From assembly GCA_027319905.1 (NCBI GenBank), contig DAHVMJ010000020.1, forward strand, positions 1 to 11,671: a stretch of 11,671 nucleotides of DNA, written 5' to 3'. Shown here one piece after another: positions 1 through 6,529 of the stretch. The first letter of the stretch is position 1. Each line of letters starts with the position of its first letter. The translations under genes were made by a program, and so were the position numbers. Below the pieces are notes generated by a model, which did no database searches, was not told the origin of the DNA, and was given only the letters and a program-made list of their open reading frames with translations. Origin of the DNA: Candidatus Micrarchaeota archaeon (GTDB taxonomy: Archaea > Micrarchaeota > Micrarchaeia > Micrarchaeales > CABMGC01).

Positions 1-748
1 CTGAGAGAGAAGTGTTGTAGATTTGGACGTTACTAATTTGTCCTGCAAAATAAGCACCACAACTGCCTGCATTATTGTAACTGCCTATCACCAATACGGT
101 ACCCGAAGAGGGCGTAGCCAAGGCGACACCTACACTCGCGCTTTGGCTGCCGCCATTTACATAAAGGGTTACCGCAGTACTGCCCGCAGCGTAACTAGCT
201 GCTATGAAACTCCACGTACCAATTGGAACACTGGACCCTGTTGCTACAGCTGTGTTACCCCCTATAAATGCGATATCGTTTGCGGTGCTCATTCCTAGTT
301 CAGAACCTTCGCCTCCCGGACATGCTGATGAAGGTTGCCACCCGACCACGACTGGGTTACCATAAGAATTACCGGTCGGATACACCCATGCGCTGATTGT
401 CCTAGCATTTGAGCCGGTCGGTAGATTAGAGGAACTTGCGAGGATATTGCTCGTTACCGCCCCTGAAACGCCAGCCACGTACTGTGGTAGCTCGCCGCTG
501 CACACGCCTTCGAGGTTTATCAGCGACACGGTGTTGGGTCCGTTCGGCCTGAAGACTTGGCAGGCGCCAGGCGGAGCGCGGGGCGCAAACGTGCTGGCAC
601 TAAAAACGCCAAGCTGGAAGAGCGCGCCCAAGACTACAGCGATGATAAGTATCGCCCACCCGTAGGTCATCAAGTACTCCATCGCAGACTGACCTCTCTC
701 GTTGCTTCTCTGCAATCCTGCAAGAAAACCTGGCCAAGTGGTGCGCAT
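1..748 (-). CDS. Class III signal peptide (type IV pilin-like) LamG/ConA-like surface protein; 3' end runs off the window
   Basis: Absent from the ORF track. Manual translation from ATG 748 is open for 249 codons to the edge: MRTTWPGFLAGLQRSNERG|QSAMEYLMTYGWAILIIAVVLGALFQLGVF...PRAPPGACQV...CSGELPQYVA...TISAWVYP...WSFIAASY...LYVNG...FAGQISNVQIYNTSLS. RG|QxxxE plus a hydrophobic helix is a prepilin motif. TISAWV, LYVNG and GQISNVQIYN are LamG-like strands. Clear paralog of 8271..9254. Confidence 0.9.
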   Translation of the reverse strand, partial: MRTTWPGFLAGLQRSNERGQSAMEYLMTYGWAILIIAVVLGALFQLGVFSASTFAPRAPPGACQVFRPNGPNTVSLINLEGVCSGELPQYVAGVSGAVTSNILASSSNLPTGSNARTISAWVYPTGNSYGNPVVVGWQPSSACPGGEGSELGMSTANDIAFIGGNTAVATGSSVPIGTWSFIAASYAAGSTAVTLYVNGGSQSASVGVALATPSSGTVLVIGSYNNAGSCGAYFAGQISNVQIYNTSLS

Positions 749-770
749 CAGTTACTTAAGCGAATTCTGC

Positions 771-778
771 TTTATAAG
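771..778. promoter_or_regulatory. Putative bidirectional archaeal TATA box (TTTATAAG / CTTATAAA)
   Basis: Clearest TATA-like element in the 58-bp gap between divergent ATGs at 748 (-) and 807 (+). Its centre is about 27 and 32 nt from them, fitting leaderless or short-leader transcripts. Confidence 0.6.
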
Positions 779-806
779 CGTTTACGTCTCATTATCGCCG
801 ATATTC

Positions 807-2534
807 ATGCCAGTTCTGGGCATACATGATGCGCACGATGCAGGCGCAGCCATAGCCGACAACGGCGAGGTAGTTGGAGCCGTAAACGAGGAGAGGTTTA
901 CAAAGAAGAAGAACGACGTAGGTTTCCCGATCAACGCCATAAACTACATGGTCAAGAGCTGCGACGACGACATAACAAAGGTCGCAGTGCCGTGGATCGG
1001 CGGCAGCGCGCTCTTCGCCAGGGTGTTTCCCGGCCTTGAGGTGAAGAGACGGCTTCTGTGGAGAAGGCAGGCCAAGAAGCCGGGCATGCTGCGCATGAAG
1101 TTCACGGACGCTGTCTTCAAGCTTGTTCAGGACCAGTATCCGAAAAGCCTCTGGCGCGTTGTAGGCAGGGGACTTGGAGGCAACATTCTGCGTGGCAAGT
1201 TGAAGAGAACGGGACTGGATAAAAAGCTCGTATTTGTTGATCATCACCTGGCCCACGCGGCTGGCGCGTACTACGCCTCAGGATTCAAGGAAGCGCTCGT
1301 GGTGACACTCGATGGCGCCGGAGACGGACTCAGCGGTACGGTCAGCATAGGAGACAATGGCAAGCTGAAAAGGATAAACGAGTTCAAGGCGAGCGCCAGC
1401 ATAGGCCTGCTCTACGGTGCTGCAACGCTTGCTTGCGATCTGAGGTTCAGCGAAGACGAAGGCAAGCTGATGAGCCTTGCCGCGTACTCGTATCCTGCAG
1501 AGATGCCTGAGTTGAACGACTTCGTGAGATACGACGAAAAGAAGAAGCAGCTGGTCAGCAATCTCGGAGTCAAGTACGAGTTTCTGCTTGCCGAGCACAT
1601 AAGAAACACGCTGCTCTGGAAGTACAACAGGGAGGCGCTCGCCTATGCGGTGCAGCACCACGTGCAGCAGCAGGTCCTGAAGATAATCTCGGGGTATGTG
1701 AAGGAGACAAAGATAAGGAACGTGGCGGTATCCGGCGGCTTCTTCTCCAACGTGATAACCAACATGGCGATAAACGAGATGCCAGAGGTCAAGGACTTCT
1801 TCGTATTTCCTCAGATGGGCGACGGGGGCCTGGCTCTGGGCGCGGCATACTACGTCGATTTTCAGGAGAACGGCAGGTTCAACGCGAAGCAGATAGACAG
1901 TCTTTACTACGGTCCCGAATACTCGAACGAGGAGATAGAGACGGCGCTGAAGAAACACAGGAGATCGGGCAGGATAAGATACCAGGAAGTCGGAGACATA
2001 GCAGGATTCACGGCAGAGAGGATCGCCAGGAAGAACGATATCGTTCTGTGGTTCCAGGGGAGAATGGAGTACGGGCCCAGGGCCCTGGGCAACAGAAGCG
2101 TGATAGCACTTGCGAATGATCCGGAGAACAGGAACCAGATAAACATCATGGTCAAGCGCAGGCCGTACTACCAACCATTCGCCAGCACCATACTTGAAGA
2201 GGACGCTAAATCCCTGCTTGATCCGTATCCACGCGGCACGAAGTTCATGACAGTAGGCTACAGGGTCAGACCGAAGAGGTTCGGGGACCTGGTTGCCGCA
2301 TCGCACATTGACATGACCACCAGGCCGCAGACGCTTGGAAAGGAGAACAAGCTTTACAGAGAACTGATCTCTTGCATAAAGAAGGAGGTGGGCTACGGTG
2401 CTGTACTGAACACCAGCTTTAACAAGCACGGCATGCCCATAGTTATGACTCCAGAAGATGCTCTCTGGACGCTGGAGAACACCGGCGCGAAATATCTCGC
2501 AATTGGAAACTTTTTCGCGGAGAAGGTAAAGTGA
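807..2534 (+). CDS. O-carbamoyltransferase, NodU/CmcH/TobZ family (about 575 aa)
   Basis: Kae1-like domain motifs: LGIHDAHDAGAA, EERFTKKK, HHLAHA, DGAGD, EGKLMSLA, GDGGLALGAA. YrdC-like domain motifs: WFQGRMEYGPRALGNRS, PFA, LNTSFN-HG-PIV. Start moved from 702 to ATG 807 because family homology begins there and 702 overlaps the divergent gene. Confidence 0.93.
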   Translation: MPVLGIHDAHDAGAAIADNGEVVGAVNEERFTKKKNDVGFPINAINYMVKSCDDDITKVAVPWIGGSALFARVFPGLEVKRRLLWRRQAKKPGMLRMKFTDAVFKLVQDQYPKSLWRVVGRGLGGNILRGKLKRTGLDKKLVFVDHHLAHAAGAYYASGFKEALVVTLDGAGDGLSGTVSIGDNGKLKRINEFKASASIGLLYGAATLACDLRFSEDEGKLMSLAAYSYPAEMPELNDFVRYDEKKKQLVSNLGVKYEFLLAEHIRNTLLWKYNREALAYAVQHHVQQQVLKIISGYVKETKIRNVAVSGGFFSNVITNMAINEMPEVKDFFVFPQMGDGGLALGAAYYVDFQENGRFNAKQIDSLYYGPEYSNEEIETALKKHRRSGRIRYQEVGDIAGFTAERIARKNDIVLWFQGRMEYGPRALGNRSVIALANDPENRNQINIMVKRRPYYQPFASTILEEDAKSLLDPYPRGTKFMTVGYRVRPKRFGDLVAASHIDMTTRPQTLGKENKLYRELISCIKKEVGYGAVLNTSFNKHGMPIVMTPEDALWTLENTGAKYLAIGNFFAEKVK

Positions 2535-3757
2535 GCAGGATGGGAAAGCCGAACATTACGATAGTGGTGCTAGACACACTCAGGCTAGATGCTTTCGAAA
2601 GGCTGAACGGCACCGACGGCAGGCCGCTCTCCGAACTCGGAAACTTTGTGACGATAGATAAATGCATAGCGCCATCGTCTTGGACACTGCCCTCGCACGC
2701 GTCGCTTTTCACAGGCATGTATCCCAGCGATCACGGAGCCCACGAGGCAAAGAATGTAAAGGCTCTGGATATAGAAAAGATATCACTGAAACGAAGCACG
2801 ATGGTGAGCGAGCTGAAAGCGTTGGGGTACAAGACGTACGCAATATCAGCAAACCCATACGTCCATCCGGTATACGGCTTCGGCGAATTCGACTCCTTCA
2901 AGGAGGAGTCTTATTTCACGGACATGTGGGGAAGCGTTGTCGAGGTCTCAAGCAGGCTCAAGCCGATGTTCGCAAAATACAGGGAGAGATACGGCAGCGG
3001 ACTGATGAGCAGCCTGGTAAAAATACCGCTTGCCACGCTGGCTGAGGATCCCGGCCTGTTTCTGGAAGGCGTTGCTTCCGGTCTGGCCCTCACCCCGGTA
3101 TCTGCGGCAAAAAAGCTCAGGGCAAAGCTCGTGGACGATTGGCCGCTGGAGAAGGGCGGCAAGAGGATAGTTCAGGCGGTAAAGACGATGCGGCTGAAGG
3201 CGCCATACTTTCTCTTCCTAAACCTTATGGAAGCACACGACCCCTACACCGATTCCAAGAAGACGGCACTTAACTGGGCTACGCCTTTCCTCAAGGAGCC
3301 GGCGAGTGAGAAGACCGTGAGGCTGTGGAAAACGCTATACCGTAAGGCGGCGAGGAAGGGTTACGGCTACGCCTATGAGATAATCGCCAACCTTATCGAG
3401 AGATTCGGGGATAACCAGATAATCGTGCTTACCAGCGACCACGGGCAGGAATTCGGAGAGCACGGCTTTCTGGGCCACGGTGTCGTGCTGCACGACGAGG
3501 TGGTTAAAGTACCTATGGCTGTTTTTCTTCCACGTGGTTTCAAGGAAAACAAAGGAGGCGGATATGCGTCGCTGGTGAACGTAAGGAAATTCCTGTTTGC
3601 CGCACTGCAGGGAGACGAAAGCGCCTTGAACATGCTTTTCAGCAAAGAGGTCAAGGCAGAAAGCTTTGGCGTGGTGGCGGACATGTCCAGGGCGAAGGGC
3701 GTGGATCTGAAGAAGATCAGAAGTTACGAAAAGAAGACGATTAGAAGGTTCAGGTAG
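2531..3757 (+). CDS. Sulfatase-like hydrolase/transferase (alkaline phosphatase superfamily), cytoplasmic
   Basis: Motifs PNITIVVLDTLRLD, APSSWTLPSHASLFTG, GYKTYAISAN, FLFLNLMEAHDPY and TSDHGQEFGEHG. The GTG start overlaps the upstream TGA (GTGA); ATG 2540 is an alternative start. No signal peptide seen. Confidence 0.88.
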   Translation: MSRMGKPNITIVVLDTLRLDAFERLNGTDGRPLSELGNFVTIDKCIAPSSWTLPSHASLFTGMYPSDHGAHEAKNVKALDIEKISLKRSTMVSELKALGYKTYAISANPYVHPVYGFGEFDSFKEESYFTDMWGSVVEVSSRLKPMFAKYRERYGSGLMSSLVKIPLATLAEDPGLFLEGVASGLALTPVSAAKKLRAKLVDDWPLEKGGKRIVQAVKTMRLKAPYFLFLNLMEAHDPYTDSKKTALNWATPFLKEPASEKTVRLWKTLYRKAARKGYGYAYEIIANLIERFGDNQIIVLTSDHGQEFGEHGFLGHGVVLHDEVVKVPMAVFLPRGFKENKGGGYASLVNVRKFLFAALQGDESALNMLFSKEVKAESFGVVADMSRAKGVDLKKIRSYEKKTIRRFR

Positions 3758-4981
3758 CTAGTTGCCTATCGTGCCTATGCCTGCGAACCTGCCGTCGCTG
3801 TAGAGCACGAATCTTCCAAGCTCTCTAGTAGTGTCATAATTCTCCACGGGCACCTTCCTTGCGAGTCTCACATCCGCTTCCACGGCACCCAGAGGCCTTG
3901 CATTCTTTGTACCGCGTGTCTCGCCAGTGGTGACGTCTATTTCGTGAAGCACCTTCACGCTCTTGCATACGATGTCGATGCCGTTGAACTTGACCGACAT
4001 GCTCTTGCCGAACCTGCTTGTTACGAATATCTTGAGCCTGACAAGATCTGTCACCTTTGGCTTGTGCTCGATGCCTGTTATGACACTGCCCCGCAGCTCA
4101 CCTTCGAGGTTCCTGTCCAGCTGAAGCGCAACGTTTTCGCCTACATTTCCGCTCTTTACCCTCTTGCCCTTTACCATTATCCCCACGACCTTGACCGTCA
4201 GCCCCTGTGGCAGTACGCTCACTTTCTCCCCGCTCCTTATGCTTCCGCTCACGATTCTGCCCACCACATGCTCTTCCGCATCGCCGGGTATGACTCCCTG
4301 CGTTATCATCCTCAGTTCGCCTCTCTGGAATCTTCCTTTGCCCTTTGCGGCGTCGTATAATATATCTATCAGGGGCTTGCCTTGGTACCAGCGCATCCTT
4401 GGGCTTCTTTTTACCAGATTGTCGCCCCTGTAAGCCGATATCGGAACAAAGTGCACGTTTGACTTCTCAAAACCCATCTTGGCGGTGAACCCTGCAAGTT
4501 CCTCCCTGACTTTCTCAAAGGCCTGCCTGTCGTAACCCACCGTGTCCATCTTGTTTACTGCTACGATGAGCTTGTCTATGCCCAGCATTCTTGATATGAA
4601 TAGGTGCCTCTTCGTCTGGTCCCTTATGCCCTCGTCCTTTTTAACTGAAACAAGGAGCAGCGCCACCTCCCCGTATGACGCGCCGCTAATCATATTCTTT
4701 ATCAGCTCTTCGTGGCCAGGAACGTCTATGAACGCGAAGGCGAGGTTCTTGTATTTTATCTCGGCTCTCGTGGTGTCTATGGTCATCTCGTTCAGCCTTT
4801 CTTCAGCGAAGCTGTCGAGTATGAATGCAGGCTCGAAATCTTTGTGCAACCGCTTGCTGTATTCCTGAGCTTCCCTTATCCTGACTTTTGTGGCAGCGCC
4901 TGTAAGCATTAGCATGTTTCCGATCAGCGTCGATTTGCCGTGGTCCTTGTGGCCAAGAAGGGCGATTGTCTTCACAAGCAT
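3758..4981 (-). CDS. cysN: Sulfate adenylyltransferase subunit 1 (EF-Tu-like GTPase), no fused APS kinase domain
   Basis: GTPase motifs GHKDHGKST, MTID, DVPGH, NKMD and SAY, plus QTKRH and C-terminal LGRFVL..FAGIG. Starts 4 nt after the cysD stop. 407 aa. Confidence 0.88.
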   Translation of the reverse strand: MLVKTIALLGHKDHGKSTLIGNMLMLTGAATKVRIREAQEYSKRLHKDFEPAFILDSFAEERLNEMTIDTTRAEIKYKNLAFAFIDVPGHEELIKNMISGASYGEVALLLVSVKKDEGIRDQTKRHLFISRMLGIDKLIVAVNKMDTVGYDRQAFEKVREELAGFTAKMGFEKSNVHFVPISAYRGDNLVKRSPRMRWYQGKPLIDILYDAAKGKGRFQRGELRMITQGVIPGDAEEHVVGRIVSGSIRSGEKVSVLPQGLTVKVVGIMVKGKRVKSGNVGENVALQLDRNLEGELRGSVITGIEHKPKVTDLVRLKIFVTSRFGKSMSVKFNGIDIVCKSVKVLHEIDVTTGETRGTKNARPLGAVEADVRLARKVPVENYDTTRELGRFVLYSDGRFAGIGTIGN

Positions 4982-4985
4982 TTAC

Positions 4986-5774
4986 TCACAGGTAGCCCAG
5001 ACTGCGTAAGCGGGCCATCACATATTCCTTTTCTTTGTCCATGCTCCTGCCCTCGCGCTCTTCCTGTTTCGTGACTTCAAGTTCTTTTATAATGTCATCG
5101 ACGTTCTTTGCGTCGGACTTTAACGGGACGGTGCAGTGCAGGCAGCCGAGGCTTCGATACCTAAAGCCATTCCTTGAGAAGTAAAGAGGGTTTACCGGGA
5201 TGCGTTCCTGCTTGACGTACCGCCAGATATCGATTTCATTAAAATCCAGGAGTGGATGCACTCTTACGTGCCCTTTCGCGTCGAGCTTCGACGAGTAGTC
5301 GTCCCACAGCTCCGCAGGCTGATTCTTGTAGTTCCACCTGAACCTTTTATCTCTTGGAGACATGTACCGCTCTTTGGCGCGGATCCCATGCTCGTCCCTC
5401 CTTATCGAGACAATCAACGCATCAAATCCATATTCCTGCATCACCTCTTTAAGAGCCTCGGGCTTGTTTTGCCCGCAGCACGCAGAGCCGACCGAATCCG
5501 GCTTTATCTTGCTCTTTGCCGTTATCACTTTGAAGCCCCATTTCTTCGACAGCTGGTCTCTAAATGCGTACGTTTCTGGAAAGTCGATCGAGTTGTCGAT
5601 GTAAATAATCGGGAACGGAATCTTGCCCAGAAATGCCTTCCTGGTAAGCGCCAGCATCGTGGTCGAGTCTTTGCCCATGCTCCACAGCGCCGCTATGTTC
5701 TTGAACTTCAGCTTGGCTTCGCGTATGATGTATATGCTCCTCTCTTCAAGCGTTTTCAAATCTTGTGCTATCAT
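4986..5774 (-). CDS. cysD: Sulfate adenylyltransferase subunit 2
   Basis: LEERSIYIIREA, PP-loop WSMGKDS, RRDEHGIRAKER..SPRD, W..KNQPAELW, HVRVHPLL, YRSLGC, ER.GR..DKE. Adjacent to cysN. Confidence 0.92.
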   Translation of the reverse strand: MIAQDLKTLEERSIYIIREAKLKFKNIAALWSMGKDSTTMLALTRKAFLGKIPFPIIYIDNSIDFPETYAFRDQLSKKWGFKVITAKSKIKPDSVGSACCGQNKPEALKEVMQEYGFDALIVSIRRDEHGIRAKERYMSPRDKRFRWNYKNQPAELWDDYSSKLDAKGHVRVHPLLDFNEIDIWRYVKQERIPVNPLYFSRNGFRYRSLGCLHCTVPLKSDAKNVDDIIKELEVTKQEEREGRSMDKEKEYVMARLRSLGYL

Positions 5775-5783
5775 GCAAACCGC

Positions 5784-6092
5784 CTAACTCTTTATCCATT
5801 CGTCAGCCTTGTTTATCGTAAGAAGGCCCTTCATGTAGTAAGTCGCTCCGGTTATCTTCTTTCCGTCCTTCTCGTATATCGGTATTCTAACGGCTGGCTT
5901 TTGCTTGGCATCATAGAGCTGGGCATAATCTTCCACGAGATCCTGCACTCTCTTTATTTTGCCTTTCTGGAACACGACCTTGTAGTACTTGAGCCCGCTA
6001 TTCGGCAGCGCTTTCACAAACGCAGCCCAGTTCTCCCTGCTGGGGCTCTTCCAAAGCGTGTCTGCTATCTTGTTTATATCGGCCTTCATCAT
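5784..6092 (-). CDS. Hypothetical protein (about 102 aa) within the RHH-cysD-cysN operon
   Basis: Fills the gap between co-oriented genes. GGAGG (6102-6098, minus strand) lies just upstream of ATG 6092; the track's GTG 6104 is an alternative start. No motif recognised. Confidence 0.7.
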   Translation of the reverse strand: MMKADINKIADTLWKSPSRENWAAFVKALPNSGLKYYKVVFQKGKIKRVQDLVEDYAQLYDAKQKPAVRIPIYEKDGKKITGATYYMKGLLTINKADEWIKS

Positions 6093-6103
6093 AAGCGCCT
6101 CCA

Positions 6104-6328
6104 CTAAGCATATCCCAGAGCCCTGAGCTTCTCGAGCACTCCCTCCGTCTCCTTCCCGCCCTTCCTCAGCGCCTCCTCGGACACGGTCTCGCGCATCACA
6201 TAGGTAACGTAATCGGAAACCGAAGAGAAGCCTGTAGTTTTTATCCTTTCCCTCAGCCTTTCGAACAGAGGAGCGGGTATGGTTATTGTTGTGTATTTCC
6301 TCTTCTCTCCCGTCTTCCTCGTTCTCAT
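6104..6328 (-). CDS. Ribbon-helix-helix (CopG-like) transcriptional regulator, 74 aa
   Basis: KYTTITIPAPLFERLRERIKTTGFSSVSDYVTYVMRE fits an RHH strand-helix-helix; the protein ends EKLRALGYA. Start set at ATG 6328 because the track's extension to 6511 runs through the TATA box and operator. Confidence 0.88.
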   Translation of the reverse strand: MRTRKTGEKRKYTTITIPAPLFERLRERIKTTGFSSVSDYVTYVMRETVSEEALRKGGKETEGVLEKLRALGYA

Positions 6329-6336
6329 CTTATCAA

Positions 6337-6370
6337 ATAATGTTAATACATTATGATTTATATAGGTTTT
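6337..6370 (-). promoter_or_regulatory. BRE/TATA promoter plus palindromic operator of the RHH-cysDN operon
   Basis: Minus strand reads AAAACC-TATATAAA (6370-6357). A palindrome with perfect arms, ATAATGT-taat-ACATTAT (6337-6354), lies between the TATA box and ATG 6328. Confidence 0.7.
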
Positions 6371-6490
6371 GATTTGTTCCGTACACAACCTATAAGAGGC
6401 TGTTTTTGGCCATAGAGTTGGTTGCAATGGTAAAAGGTAGTGCCTTCCAAACAATGGGCTCCTAGCCGGAGCTCGGGCCTCTGCCTCTCT

Positions 6491-6499
6491 TTTTATTAA
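6491..6499 (+). promoter_or_regulatory. Putative TATA box for thrS
   Basis: TTTTATTAA ends about 30 nt upstream of ATG 6530. Confidence 0.4.
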
Positions 6500-6529
6500 T
6501 TCTGCTTCCAATAGTAGCGAGGCTCCTGA

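Noticed and set aside
702..806. 35-aa N-terminal extension of the carbamoyltransferase in the ORF track
   Set aside because: It overlaps the divergent LamG gene start and the TATA box, and family homology begins at ATG 807.
1278..2429. 383-aa antisense ORF (also 792..1256, 6560..7117, 7634..8188, 10228..10638)
   Set aside because: These are shadow frames opposite well-supported genes, expected from GC3-rich codon bias, and show no recognisable motifs.
3758..4981. Possible EF-1alpha, SelB or HBS1 translation GTPase
   Set aside because: The QTKRH motif, truncated N-terminus and coupling to cysD favour CysN.
4986..5774. Possible DndC/SspD phosphorothioation protein or APS/PAPS reductase
   Set aside because: It has the CysD-specific RAKER..SPRD/NQPAELW segment and an adjacent cysN. 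It lacks the C-terminal ECG(L/I)H, and no dnd/ssp partner genes are present.
5256..6107. 283-aa plus-strand ORF
   Set aside because: It is antisense to cysD and the hypothetical gene, which form a coherent operon, and has no motifs.
6395..6490. tRNA, T-box or Thr-rich attenuator upstream of thrS
   Set aside because: No cloverleaf, T-loop or T-box consensus was found, and the 12-codon ORF has only one Thr codon.
6329..6511. 61-aa N-terminal extension of the RHH ORF
   Set aside because: It runs through the AT-rich TATA/operator region, and the RHH fold begins just after Met 6328.
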